Shown: positions 1 through 13,063, numbered from the stretch's first letter. The stretch is DNA of 64,000 bases from Moniliella sp. 'wahieum' (GCA_003971905.1 RSEE01000039.1:310001-374000); one strand, 5' to 3'. Notes: generated by a model not told the origin, from the letters alone. Program-made: numbers and translations.

Positions 1-2620
1 GACCGACGACTCAGCCGCTAACTCACCGCGGGGCGAGTAGCCATACGTAAGGAAAAAAGGGGACGCACCTGTGCTGGAGTGGGGAGAGAGTTGTAAGCAA
101 AATCGGCCTTGGGGAGAAGATCAATCCAGTTTGACTGCTGCTCATCCAGGTAGCAACGAAGGTACTGCTCGAGAACCTGGTTCACCCTCTTCGTCTGTCC
201 ATCCGATTGGGGTGATACGCCGTGCTGAGGCTAAGTGGATGCCCAAAAGTCACTGCACAGGACCCGCCAAAAGTGGCTCGCAAAAGTAGGACCGCGGTCG
301 CTAACCAAGTGGCGCGGCAACCCATGGTAGCGGAAAACGTGGTGAACAAACTGGCGGGGCAAGCCGCGGCACCGTGTCCGTTGTATGGGCAGGAATGAAA
401 TGCGCCATCTTGGTGAATCTGTCCACCACGACCAAGATGGCATCGAACCCCTTCGAGGGTAGCAGCTGGGTGATGTGGTCCATCGTCAAATGAGTCCATG
501 GGCCTTGGGATGGGGCCATCAGGGGTTGGAGCAAGCCAGCAGGAGGACACCGCGGCACTTTGGTCCGCTTACAACGGTCGCAAGAGTGCACTATATGCCC
601 ACGTCGGCCGACAGGCGAGGCCACCAATACTGCTACCGTACAAGCAACCGAGTCTGGTCCCTCCCTTCGTGTCCTTCCAGCGCGGAGTCGTGGGCCTGGA
701 AAAAGACAGCCGCGCGGAGAGGGGCATCGGGAGGGGCTTAGATCTGCTCACCATGCCACAGGAGGCCATCGCGAACGGTAAGAGCATGAGGGGGAGTCGC
801 GGGAGGTCGCAACGGCCCAACGGGAGTCGCGCGGCACCATATGTCGCGGATGCGCTGCTGGATCTCGTTGGCCGACAAGCATGCCATCACGGCGCGTCGG
901 GCTGACTGGACATGATATCGGGCACAGCAGCTGAACGCTCAGAAACAGGCTCCAACAAGGTCTGAGGGGCAGCCTCGGCAGGCCAGAGGCGATGGAAAGA
1001 TCGGGGCGACGGGACAAGCATTCAGCAGCAGCATTCTTCGACCCGGATCGATACACCATGAGTAACCGGTAGGGCGACAAGGTCTAACGCCACAGGCCCT
1101 GCCGGCGGTTCAGGAGGCGCGGGGCGGAAGGTAGCGAACGCCTGTGGTCCGTAAGCACCTGGACCGTATCGACGCTCTCAGCATAGTAGCACCACACTTC
1201 GACGGCCGCCACAATGGCAAGCACCTCCTTCTCAGACGTGGTATAGTTGAGTTCGGCTGCGACAACCTTGCAAGAATGAAAGGCGACACGCCGCCAACGA
1301 CCATGCTCGTCCTTCTGGGCCAGCACGGCACCTAAGGCGGCGTCCGATGCGTCATCTCAATGCGGAGTGGCCGACTGTTGGGGTCAAAATGGCAAATGAC
1401 ATGGGGAGAAGCGAAGACCCTCTTGAGGTCGTCGAAGGAGCTTTGGCACGTAGGCGTCCAATCAAACCGCTGTGTCTTGCGGGTGAGGTCGGTAAGGGGT
1501 GCCGTAATGCGGGCATAGGAGCGAATGAAGTGGCGGTAGTAATTGGTAGACCCAAGGAACACAACTTGGCGGCTGGCCTTTGGCGTCGGCCATGCTTTGA
1601 TCGCTTCCACCTTAGCTGGATCCATTCCGATCTCCGTAGGCGTAACGACGTAGCCCAAATACTCTGTCCGGGAATGTGTGGAACTGGCACCTGTCAGGAT
1701 TAAGGTAGAGCCTGGAGGGCTGCAGACGCCCAACCCTCCGCAACATGCTCCTCGTGTGCCTTTCGTCTGACGAGAATACCAAGATATCGTCCATATATAC
1801 GCCAGCACCGAGACGTCGAGGAGGTCCTGAAGGAGCATTCGTTACGGATTGATGGACAGTGGCGGGTGCTTACAGAGATCGAACGGCATGATGAGGCACT
1901 CAAATGACCATACCGGGTACGAAAGGGCGTCTTGTACTCATCGCCCTTTTTGACCCTCAAAAGGTTGTACGCCCCACGGAGGTCAAGTTTGGTAAAAACG
2001 CGAGCCCGGACAAGCGATCGAGCGAGTCGCGAATGAAGGGGAGGGCCATATGATTTTTGATGGTAATATGTAGTTGAGGGCACGATAGCCTACACACAGT
2101 CGCAGGAGCCATCCTTCTTCTTAACAAAGAGAACACCCTCCCCAAAAGGGGATTTAGACGAGCGAAACAACCCAGAGGTCAGATTTTCGTCAATCCAGCG
2201 GCCCAGGACATCCATCTCGCCTATAGAGAGGGGGTAGAGACGAGTGAAGGTGGGAGTAGCGCCAGGCACGAGGTCGATCGAATGGTTCGCCACACGAATG
2301 GGTGGGAAGCGTCTTGGCGCCAGACTTGGAGACGGCATCGAGATAGGCATGGTAACGCGAAGGCACCGTCTTCCGGAGGACGTGGTCGGCATACTCCGGG
2401 TTGTCGAACTCGTCAGGGAACACTGGCTCCGGACCCTCTGCAACGGATACAGACGAAATGATCTGGGTCACTGGGACGAGCAACGCATACCTCGGTGTCG
2501 GGATCGCCGGCCACCTCTCCTCCAAACTGTTCCAACGAAAGGAGGTCAATCGGCACGATAGGCGGAAGGGAGGACTGGGGAGGGGCGGCACCGGAGGGTG
2601 AGGAGCGAAGACGCATACCT
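1..2620 (-). mobile_element. Ty3/Gypsy LTR retrotransposon pol fragment (RT, RNase H, integrase), frameshifted; runs off the window at position 1; no gag, protease or LTR recognised upstream
   Basis: Across frames: [76 protein letters not shown] (RT YxDD), VAFHSCK..ELNYTTSEKEVLAIV..VLTDH (RNase H), CDRC..GLLQPL..PWTHLTMDHITQL..AILVVVDRFTKMAHF, LVSDRGPTF (integrase). The order RT-RH-IN is Gypsy-type. Confidence 0.95.
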
Positions 2621-2850
2621 TGGGGAGGGGGGGACTGGTTTGGAGATGGAGGTACAGACTGATATGGAAGCTGAGAGGGGGACTGCGGCGGATGCTGGGG
2701 AGGTGAAAACTGGTTGCGGAAATGCTGGGGCTGGGGCTAGGGCTGGGGATGGGGCGGGGGCTGGGTGAACGACAATGCTCGCAGCACTGCGACCGCGCTG
2801 CGGGCTCGCATTGCACATTTCAACTCCGCGTTCCCCATGGGGATGCGTCC

Positions 2851-2955
2851 CATGTCACATGTCACATCTCATGTCACAGCTCATGTCACAGCCCATGTCA
2901 CAGCTATGGCACAGCCCATGTCACAGCCCATTCACATGTGATCGCCCGTGTCACG
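2851..2955. repeat. Imperfect tandem array of an 11-12 bp unit CATGTCACAGC(C/T), about 6 copies
   Basis: catgtcacatgtcacatctcatgtcacagctcatgtcacagcccatgtcacagctatggcacagcccatgtcacagcc read directly. Confidence 0.85.
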
Positions 2956-3264
2956 TCGCACTCCTAGTAAGTGGGTGCGTCCCCCCTCGCATCAAGAGGT
3001 CCAGTGGAGGATGATATTCAATGCCTCCTCTCTCACCCCACAGCGGGGGCATCCCACGCAGCTTCATCCCCACGGGCATTCCTAGATCCCTTCTCTCCAG
3101 CGTTACTATCCACTTCATCTACCCAGACGCCCGTTTCCACATACCCTTGGCCTCACATTGTGCTATGCAATACTATAGTTAACCACATTGTAGTTTTAAA
3201 CCAATCTCATTTTCAACGATCAACACAACAACGAAACGAAGACGAAAACAAAACGAAAACAAAG

Positions 3265-3680
3265 TCATCGGTCCAGGTCCCATGCGTCCACCATTTCCAC
3301 CTCAGGGCAATACACCTCCTCCACCATGTCCCATGCATCCTGCATCTCCACCTCTGGGCAATGCACCTCCACCACCATCGGCCCATGGCGACGCTTGCGC
3401 ACGGTCACGCGAGGCTCGGCCGTGTTGACATCGAACCTGGCCCGAGGCACCGCTGGCGCCAGCACCCGCTCCTCAGCCGCCTTTGGCTTCTTGCGCAGGA
3501 TCGAAGGGCCTGGCTGGGCGTTGCGATCGTGCCCAACTTGGAAGTTCGGATGCTCGGATGGGAATGATGGGCGCCAGCCAGTAGGGGGGGGGTGTAGTTA
3601 GATGGCAGACCCGGGCTCGTGGTCAGAGGAGAGAGGCGGAAGGTGAACTGGAACTCGGTCAGAGGCGGGAGGGGCAGCAT
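3265..3680 (-). CDS. Putative small orphan protein (frameshifted) ending in a duplicated EVxCPEVEMxDAWD motif
   Basis: On minus: CATAAATAA near 3760, a pyrimidine-rich leader, ATG 3680 (MLPLPPLTEFQF), then in another frame ...LRKKPKAAEERVLAPAVPRARFDVNT...EVHCPEVEMQDAWDMVEEVYCPEVEMVDAWDLDR*. No family recognised. Confidence 0.35.
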
Positions 3681-3819
3681 TTCGGTACTGGGTGAGCGGT
3701 TCGAGAAGGTAGGTGGTGGGAGGGAGACAAGAAGTTTTGCACCCCTCCGGGGTTATTTATGCCCCGCCCCCCCCCGCCGTTGGGGCAATATGCGGCATTT
3801 TTGCCCCAACCGGCGCGGA

Positions 3820-3947
3820 GCACACTGCCCTCAGGCCTCAGGCCGCTGCCTCGGCTTGAGCACACTGTGCTGCCTCGACTGCTGCCGTGCGGCGTGACAT
3901 GTACCTCGGAGCGGGCTGGGCAGCACACTGCCCTCAGGCCTCAGGCC
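3820..3947. repeat. Direct repeat of GCACACTGCCCTCAGGCCTCAGGCC (3820-3844 and 3923-3947)
   Basis: Two identical 25-bp copies about 103 bp apart. Confidence 0.8.
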
Positions 3948-4018
3948 CTACCCCGCCCCCCGTGGTGAAGAATGTCAGACACATACCGAAACAGGATTCT
4001 TGTGGGCGAGTGGCCAGA

Positions 4019-4205
4019 CGCCGGGGAGAATTCAGCCTGGGCCCCATGTGACACCATCCATCATCGATCACATCATCCGTCACAGGCCCCCAGCAGCCCA
4101 GACAGTGGCGAGGCGCCGGGGAGAATTCATATCCTGGGCCCCATGTGACACCATCCATCATCGATCAGCATCATCCGTCACAGGCCACCTCGCATCCCAG
4201 CAGCC
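4019..4205. repeat. Tandem direct duplication of a ~94 bp unit
   Basis: cgccggggagaattca..cctgggccccatgtgacaccatccatcatcgatca..catcatccgtcacaggcc occurs at about 4019-4088 and 4113-4186. Confidence 0.85.
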
Positions 4206-4859
4206 AGGCGTGTGCGATAAAGAGCGCAAAAACACATTTCTTGTCGATCCTCACTTGAAGTAGCTCAGATGCATCCTCTCGTCCTGTGCCAGCTGGGACG
4301 CCCACCGCTGCCCAACACCCGCACCGCTCGTGCGCGCCTGGCCGTTGCCGTTGGCGCCGTCGTCGTTCGTCAGCTGTACGCAGCTGCAACCGACTGGCTC
4401 GACACCACCCTGGCCGACTGCCTCCTCCAGCTCTTTGCCGACTCCGACCCGCACCCTCCTCTTGACCTCCGGCCTTCCGCTCTCACGGCCGACCACCGGG
4501 GTGCCCTCGTCAAACGATGGGACGCCAATCAGCACGGCGACCCCAACCACAGCCAGCTCGTTCGCTGGGACCTGCACGGCTCGTCAACCTGGTGGGGCCC
4601 AACAGGAGGCTCAGCGCCACGCCGCCATCGTCGCTGTGGTACAGGCATTCCAACAGCAGGTGGCCATCTCCAGCGGCCTGCCCCACTTCCGCCCGCAAAT
4701 CATCCGTTTGCCCGCAGGCCCGTCAATGAGCGCCAATGCCTGCATTCCCACGGTGGCCAAACCGGCCCAGATCGACGGATCGTAGGCCGTCGCGGCTCCA
4801 GTTGTGGAGGTACGTTTTCTCATCCGTTCTGCTTCGCCTTTGCTCATGAACGCCAGAGG

Positions 4860-7200
4860 TCCAACCAAAGCGTAGGCCGTGCCGTTAAGGACCAAAGAAT
4901 ACACTCCCCCAATAGCACCGGCCAAGCGACGGTCATACTTGGCAATCAGCAATCAAGAAGAGAAGGCCACTGTTCAATGGAAGGGTTAGATCTGTGGAAC
5001 AATACAGGAGATGAGAGTTGGAACATACCCTGACCGCAACATGAGCAGAAGCGTGTATTGGCCTTTGAAGAGCGCACATGTTCTGCGACGAACGTGTATG
5101 CGCCCCAGTACCTACACTTTTTCCATGCCCCCGCCGGGCAGATGGCCATTGCATCCTGATAGGTCTTTTGCTTGTACCGCGGTCCGCCCGTGAAAGAGGC
5201 GGGCAGGAGGACAGGAACACCGACATCGGCCCCGCGAGCGTTCGGGTCGTTGGCCAGAGCATCGACCACGCCGGCAACCATTTCGGTGCGCAACGTGTCC
5301 TGGGTTATCCTAATGTAAACCAGTCGTTGTCCCTCTGTTTTCGAATAACCGTCAAGGACCCATTCATCTTTGATCCGGTCCCACTCTTTAGCACCCAAGT
5401 ATACCATTTCCCGTTCTCATCTTGCCAATCATCCCACTGCATCATATGGAAGCGCATGTGGTCGTTCGTAGACACAATGTGTTTGTCCGGAGCACGGCGA
5501 GGTTGATGAAGAGGGGGAGGGTTGTCGTCCTGGAAGGGGACACGTTCCCCTTGCGTGTTCATAATCGTTCTTCCCTCAGGACCAATGATGACCAGACGAC
5601 TTTGATGGGCGGGAGGGGTGCGTCCTGGTGCGCCATTGTTGGTATCATGCTGTGTGCCTGGTGTTGCAGGTGTGGCATTTGGCTCTTCCGGCAGGGCTGC
5701 TCGGGCATTGGTGCGGCGAGCATCGATTTCTTCGTCAAGCGCCCTGATTTCCTCTTTGATTCGAAGCTTGGTCTGACGCGGGCCCCACCCTCGATCGCCG
5801 TACGGGAAGAGTAAGACGAAATGCAATAAATCATAGAGAGAGTTTAGTACGTTGACGTAGACTATTCCTGGAGCATTTTTTCTGCAGAACAGCACAACGT
5901 GATGCCAACTCGGCGCCGTCGTCATCATCCTCCATGTCAGGCATAATGATCGCCATTTCGGAGGAAGTGGGCCGGTTGTATTGCCGCTGGCCATAATTCT
6001 CTCCCCTAAATGTCACCGCAACGGGAGGGGTCTCTGGGTTGCGCACAGAATAATATCACTAACGGTAGTGTAGGTGCGCAAAAACGGATTGCAGCATACA
6101 TCCCGGAGAATGTTCATGATGGACTGCAGGATTGATGTATTTAGTGTTTGACCTGGGGTAGAGGCATTTTGGGTCATTTGAGCGGCTTGGGCTTCGGGAT
6201 CCATGAGCCAGAGCTGTGCACAGTGAGGGCCATTCTCCTGCCCCGGCGGGGCGGGTTCCGGGTTGCCTTCGTGGTACGTGGCAGGATAGAGGGGCCCAAC
6301 GGCAGTAGAAGCAGTGCCATGAAGGACCAAGGAATACACTCCCCCAGTACCACTTGCCAAGCGACGGACGTACTTGGCAATCCACAACGTGAAAGGCAAC
6401 GTTCCATTGTACACGCGTTTTTTGGACAACTCTTCCGTGGCTCGCCAGAAGCCGTCACGCATGCGTGCAAAGATGCTGAGGGTTAGAAGAGTAGGACAAA
6501 TAAGAGGAGGATGAACGCACCTTCCTTGCAGCATAGAGAAGCGGGGATCTCTTTGGGACGAATTCCGGGTGTGTTCTTCTGCAAACGTGTAAGCTTTGCA
6601 GTAACGGCATTTCACCTCCCCGAATGGCAACTTGAGCTTGTGGCGGTGCGTCTCGGGATCAACATCAGGACCAAACACATCGGCCTCGACCCAGTCAGGC
6701 TTGACGGCGACGCCCACGAAATCATCCCGGCCCATACAACTACCGAAAGTGTGGCCGTTGTTACCCCAACTGGGGCAACGTTGCTTTAAAGAAAAGGTCA
6801 GAGGACGGGGAGGGGCAAAGCAAGGGGAGGAGACATACGGCTCGGGTGCGGGGCTGAGGTGACTCGCCGGCAACTGGCCTGGGGCTTTCTTCCGCCGTTG
6901 CCCCTGACCCAGGAGAATCAGCTAGGTAGATGGAGGCGGCCATGCAAGGTCCGGCCAAGAAAGCGTCGCGTGGCTTCCCATCCGCACCGGTCGCACATTC
7001 CATCCCCAAGCGTTCCGCGTGGTGGCGATGGTGGTGGGCAATGGCGCGAGTGTCGGGCATGACAGCATAAGCGAGCCAGTCTCTCCAGCCGCGCTCTTTT
7101 GTCGGCGTACCGACGACCAAGCCCATAATTGGATCGCAACTTGCAATATTGCATCTTCAGCCTCCCATTGGCCAGGGCGGTGCCTGGCGGTACCTCCGTG
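4860..7200 (-). mobile_element. Helitron RepHel N-terminal fragment (degenerate, rearranged; HUH Rep and helicase domains not seen)
   Basis: Helitron-typical motifs in order on minus: VKCRYCKAYTFAEE..FSM(CC)xG Zn-finger-like region, CNPFLRTY, RQYNRPTSSEMAIIM, YDLLHFVLLFPYGDRGW, QDTLRTE, VLLPASFTGGPRYKQKTYQDAMAIC. Boundaries approximate. Confidence 0.85.
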
Positions 7201-9485
7201 CGGCTAGTGGTGTTGCCCAAGACTTGTGGGAGGCGAGCAAGGCAAAGGGGAGATGGTGGGGATGCAGTCAGGGGGGAGGCCGCCGGAGGCGCCACAGGGA
7301 CGGGCGGCACAGGGGCGGAACAGAGGCGGAACGGGGCCGCCTCGCACAAGACTGTCGCCCATCCGAGCTTCAACGTCTTCAGCCCGCTCGTCTCTCTAAC
7401 GGGGTGGAGCATGTCGAGGCCGAGGCTTGCCTCACCTCTCAGCGCCTCCGCCTCAGCCCAAGGCCTGATAGAATGATGCTCGTTAGGTATGCGGGTATTA
7501 ATACTCAGTAGTAACTCAGGACTCCAAGCACTCGTGTACTCTCACATGTACTCATGCATCATGCATCAGAACTCGGAACTCAGACTGAGTGCAGTCACTT
7601 ACTTACTATTCACTGGGACTAGAGGCAGTCACTAGTCACTAATCACTCTAGCTAGCCACAGATAGCAGATTTCCCCTACAGATCGTCTGGCTAGATCTGA
7701 GATTCTGACTATATACACTGAGATATAGTGAGTACCTGAGGACTAACATGCAACATTCAATAAAAGCACTTTGTGTTGTGGGCACACTCGATTACCTATA
7801 ACGGGGGCCCTAGTCAATTATCGAGGATGGTGTGTATCAGGGGGAGAGAGCGCAGGCAACCGGCAGCGACCGAACATGGACTTCCCCTTCTGGGCTTATA
7901 TGACAGAGGGGAGGGCCCAGATCGGACATCGTTTTCTACAACCTCTGTTATATGTTAAGAGGAGCCGCAGAGAGGCTGTGGCTGTGTTTGTTATTGGGCG
8001 TTTGGTCAGCGCTCAGCGAGCGCTGAGCTGCCTCTCTCAGCTGCCGACCGGGGATTGTGCCGCCCCTCTTCTCTTGCTTATTGTAGACGCTGCCACAGCG
8101 CCCGCCCATTGATTGGGACCGGTGGCCCGTGCAGTGATAATGATCGTCGACTACGCACCATGCATCATGCATCAGGATCAAAAGTGCTACGGGCTGCTAC
8201 GGGTACAACAAGGTATAGAGGCATTTCAACAGCGTACGTTCTTCAACGCTTGGACAACCAATGGGAATTTTTGATCAGGCAGAATGCAGAAGGAGTGATT
8301 GCCGAGCACGGCCGAAACGTAACACGGCCCATCATACGATGCGCACGATGCACATGACGCTGGTTCCCAATTAGCGTTCACACGTTCACACCCGACAGGT
8401 TCCTTCCCGAGCAGGAATGGCAATGGCTAATGAATTAATGATGCAGATGAATGACGTATAAGCCTAATGCACTCTGCTGCACTGCGTAGACACGGGACTG
8501 AGCCAGTGTTCAACGTTCAAGCAGCGCCGTTAGACACACCGGGATACCGCCTGATGCAGCCGAGCGCCCCAGAATGCGGCCGGCGGACGCGTGGGCGATC
8601 ATCGAGATCATCTCGATCATCGATCACCGATCATCAGTATGCAATCATCGATGCTTCTGCTGCAGCTCTAAAGCAGTTTGATCTTAGCTCGGGCTCGCAC
8701 GGCGCAAGTCACCGGCTCGACACTCGCCGTGGGCGGTGGCAGGATATCTCTGGGGTGCCTAGTCTGGTGCCTGTCCCGCCGTCGAAGCTGTCGCAACATG
8801 CGGCTGCATGTGCCCGCGTCCTTCCCGGCCTTCCCCCCGAATAGAGGGAGCTGTAAGAGGGAGCACCGCCCTTTTGCCACGGGGGGCCAGTTCATCCGCC
8901 ATGCCGTCATCGTGTTTGTGCTACGTCCCAGACTCCGGCACCCATCCCCTCCATCCCCTCTGTCCCACACCATTAACATTCGCATGCATCCATCTCGTCA
9001 GTGATCGCAATGATCGACTTGTTCAGCATCCTCGGAGACACAGCAGGCACAGCACTCTCCCAGCCCCCGCCCGCATATCTCTGCAGACCCTCGCGACCAG
9101 CAGTAGACGGACTGCTCGTGACGCGTGACGCAACAGAGCGGAAAGCTGAGCACAGAACTACTGACCGAGTGCTCACAAGTACTGTGTACGCAGTAGGAAT
9201 GTCCCAGCCAGCAGCAAACCAGCCCCCATCCGCTGCGCAGCCCTCCCGCCTACTGCAGACCCGGCTCACACACTGCCTCTTCATTCTTCTGCAATATAAG
9301 ACTGCCCCCTTCTTCGTCCGCAACTGGAAGTCGTCTGCTCTCCCCCATATCCTACGACACTAGCCCTCAGGCCCCCTTCTGCGCCTTGTCATTGCCACCA
9401 CCCCCGGCTCTCCCCCACTCGTACCTGCCCGTCCTCGTTCTACAGCATCCTTTCACCACTTTGATCCCCGCCCAGCTCCTTTACC

Positions 9486-10094
9486 ATGGTTGACGCAAGT
9501 ACAGTCGTGCGCCGCGGCGCTCCCATCTCCCTCGCCGTTCTCTCGTTGTTTTCGTTCATCGTGGCCATCATTGCTTCCGTCCTGGTCCATGACTACAATG
9601 CCAAAGATGAAGCCAAACACCCCGGACGCAGCATCAAGAGCCGTGTGCGTTTCATGCTCTTTGTCGGCTGGTTCTCTTTCATCTTTTCGACTGCTTATGT
9701 ATGTATCTCTATGCTCCCACAAATCGTGCCTCATCGTCCCGTCTTTTGTTTTGCATCACTGACACATTCCCTCTTACGACCACAGGTTGTCGCCATCCTG
9801 ACCGGGTTGGGTGGCATCGTCACTTCGATTGTCTCGCATTTCATTTTCATCTTCATCGACTGGGTCTTCTGGCTCTCTGCGGCTGCATCATTGACCCAAT
9901 CGCTTCACGGAGGCGTCAACTGCAGCTACAACTCCACCGGAATCAAGTACTGCTCGGCCAACGTGACCCTAATTGCGTTTGGCTGGATCAACTTTATTCT
10001 CACCACGTTGATGCTCGCAGTGGTAAGCGTGATTGCTGCAGGAGCGTTCCGAGGTGGTGGAGGTCTCAAGGAGACGTTCAACTCCCGTGCTTGA
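9486..10094 (+). CDS. MARVEL-domain four-TM membrane protein; one intron 9699-9785
   Basis: Four hydrophobic segments, RFMLFVGWFS and WVFWLSAAASLT..C..C..AFGWINF pattern; intron GTATGT..CTGAC..CAG; upstream TATAAG near 9295. Confidence 0.8.
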   Translation: MVDASTVVRRGAPISLAVLSLFSFIVAIIASVLVHDYNAKDEAKHPGRSIKSRVRFMLFVGWFSFIFSTAYVCISMLPQIVPHRPVFCFASLTHSLLRPQVVAILTGLGGIVTSIVSHFIFIFIDWVFWLSAAASLTQSLHGGVNCSYNSTGIKYCSANVTLIAFGWINFILTTLMLAVVSVIAAGAFRGGGGLKETFNSRA

Positions 10095-11587
10095 AGGGAA
10101 TTGCACGTCCTTTGTGCCTCTGTCTACTCAGTGTCCCTTATTTGCGCTCGGATGTTAAGGCAGCGGCGACTGCACCCATCCTCGCGCTTTGCTCAACCTC
10201 CCCATTTCCCCAGTATACCAGCCGGTTTTCGTTGCGTCGAATAGCAGTGTCGACGCTTCGTATTGGGGCCCGTGGGTTGGGTAACGGCAACCAATTACAC
10301 CTTCCCTCTTCCGCGTCGTTTTCTGTTCTGTAATAATCTTTGTCGGACGAGCCCAACCTGTACCACAGCTTGTTGATCGGCCGTCATTTGTGTCGCACCC
10401 AGTGTGTCCGTCACACCTAGCATTTTTTCATTCTTCCTCACTAACGTCACTTTCGATCTGCTTGGCGTGAATGTACCTTGGTTTACCTTGCACACTACTC
10501 GTCTCAGAGCTTGGGACTATCGCTCCAATTGACAGGAAGGGCATATGAGTAGTAGGAACGTAATGCATAGTGTGCATGCAGACACAACAGAGAGAGCTGT
10601 CTTGGCCTTAAGAGGGCTCTCTCCCCGTTCAACGTTCCTGGCCGGCAGCCTTGGCTGACAGGCCACGTCCAGGCACTGATTCTTGATCAGGAGGTCAATG
10701 GCATTGCCCAGAGAGCAGGAGCCAGCGGTTCCCGCCATGCATTCGTTTACAAACGGAAGGGAGCGCGAGTGGGTATTACGGGGGGGACGTGGCGGACTCG
10801 CAGCAGCGTGTAAAACCGCTGTGTCCTTTCGAACCATATATTTGTTCCAGTGTGTTACGCATCCCGTCCCCCGTCCCCCCCTCGCCTTCGCTGGCTCCAT
10901 CCGCGCATGAGCTGGCGAGACCATCTGCTCGATCGATCAGGCTGGAGATAGAAGAAGGAGCCTGATGCTGGCAGGAATGCAGGTGTGAGACCCACGGGTT
11001 CACGGGGGAGTGGTCGCTAAACGTTCAACCCACCCACAATCCGTTCGAGTCTCGATCATCGATCGTGACACAATGCGTCTCCTACGTCATTCACGTCACG
11101 GTTGAGAGGGGACATCGAGGACCCTAGATCGCACCGGCCATTGTGCACAGAAAAACTTTGCTCCCCAGTTTGCGTGGATGGGTTCGATGCGCGATGGGGC
11201 GGAACACGTTGTGTGATGCATGCGAGGCGGGCGGAACGACAGCCGAAGACTGCCGGTACCCAAGCACAGTGGATGGCCAGAGCGGAATGCATGACAGCGC
11301 CCTCCAAACCCCCCGAGGAGCCGCACTGCGCCTGTCTTCCATCTTTTTTCCCGGGGCTTCGGGCACTTCACGCGGATTCCGCACTACCCCAGTGTGGGCT
11401 GCTCTGGCGGGGATGAAGACTGCCAGGGTGCGGGGGGCATGCTCCAGCTCCTGGACGCAGGCTACACTGCCCTTCTGCTGGCGCTGATAATTTTTCTGCC
11501 GCAGCAACCTTCTGCGCAGGCATAAAACAACGCTGCCTTGGCCCGCCTCGGCTTGGCTTGCCACCACCACCAGGTACTGCATTCACC

Positions 11588-13063
11588 ATGGGTAAGGAAA
11601 AGGTACGTCTTGCGTTTGGCTCCCTTCCCTCTTGGCCCAACTCCACCTCACCGCCAGTGTGGTCGACCAACGGATGCTAACCACCCTTCTTTTTCCAGCT
11701 TCACGTTAACGTCGTTGTCATCGGCCACGTCGACTCGGGCAAGTCGACCACGACCGGCCACCTCATCTACAAGTGCGGTGGTATCGACAAGCGTACCATC
11801 GAGAAGTTCGAGAAGGAGGCTGCTGAGCTCGGCAAGGGTTCCTTCAAGTACGCCTGGGTGCTCGACAAGCTCAAGGCTGAGCGTGAGCGTGGTATCACCA
11901 TCGACATTGCCCTGTGGAAGTTCGAGACCCCCAAGTACCAGGTCACTGTCATTGACCCCCGGCCACCGTGACTTCATCAAGAACATGATCACGGGTACCT
12001 CGCAGGCCGACTGCGCCATTCTCATCATTGCCGCCGGCACTGGTGAGTTCGAGGCTGGTATCTCCAAGGACGGCCAGACCCGTGAGCACGCCCTGCTCGC
12101 CTTCACCCTTGGTGTGCGCCAGCTCATTGTTGCCGTCAACAAGATGGACGCCACCAAGTACTCGGAGGACCGCTTCAACGAGATCATCAAGGAGACCTCG
12201 ACCTTCATCAAGAAGGTCGGCTTCAACCCCAAGTCGGTTCCCTTCGTCCCCATCTCGGGCTGGAACGGTGACAACATGATTGAGGCCACCACCAACATGC
12301 CCTGGTACAAGGGTTGGGAGAAGGAGACCAAGGCTGGCAAGGCTACCGGCAAGACCCTCCTTGACGCCATTGACGCCATTGACCCCCCCTCGCGCCCCAC
12401 CGACAAGCCCCTGCGTCTCCCCCTGCAGGACGTGTACAAGATTGGCGGTATCGGCACTGTCCCCGTCGGCCGTGTCGAGACGGGTGTGATCAAGCCCGGC
12501 ATGGTCGTTACCTTCGCTCCCGCCAACGTGACCACTGAAGTCAAGTCCGTCGAGATGCACCACGAGTCGCTTCCCGAGGGTCTCCCCGGTGACAACGTTG
12601 GTTTCAACGTCAAGAACGTCTCGGTCAAGGACATCCGCCGTGGCAACGTTGCTGGTGACTCGAAGAACGACCCCCCCATGGAGGCTGCCTCGTTCAACGC
12701 CCAGGTCATCATCATGAACCACCCTGGCCAGATCTCGAACGGCTACTCGCCCGTTCTTGACTGCCACACGGCCCACATTGCTTGCAAGTTCGACTCCATC
12801 CTTACCAAGATGGACCGTCGTTCGGGTAAGACCATTGAGGAGACCCCCAAGTTCATCAAGTCGGGTGACGCCGCCATGGTCAAGATGATCCCCACCAAGC
12901 CCATGTGCGTTGAGGCCTTCAACGAGTACCCCCGCTCGGCCGTTTCGCCGTCCGTGACATGCGCCAGACCGTGGCTGTCGGTGTCATCAAGTCGGTTGAG
13001 AAGACCTCCGGCAAGGGTGGCAAGACCACCAAGGCCGCTGAGAAGGCCGGCAAGAAGAAGTAA
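11588..13063 (+). CDS. TEF1: Translation elongation factor 1-alpha; intron 11603-11698; two apparent assembly indels (about 11957 and 12930)
   Basis: [74 protein letters not shown]-terminal [10 protein letters not shown]; strong codon bias. Confidence 0.99.

Noticed and set aside
2941..3086. Helitron-like 3' ends on the plus strand (GCCCGTGTCACG..CTAGT at about 2945-2968; CACGGGCATTCCTAG at 3071-3085)
   Set aside because: Hairpins are weak and the orientation is opposite to the RepHel fragment; not callable without other copies.
2851..4205. Short direct repeats as a CRISPR-like array
   Set aside because: Eukaryotic context, no unique spacers of regular length and no cas genes.
11648..12776. 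Long antisense ORFs over TEF1 (also over AGX1 at 51510-52829 and the DPBB genes)
   Set aside because: Expected shadow ORFs of GC3-rich, codon-biased genes.
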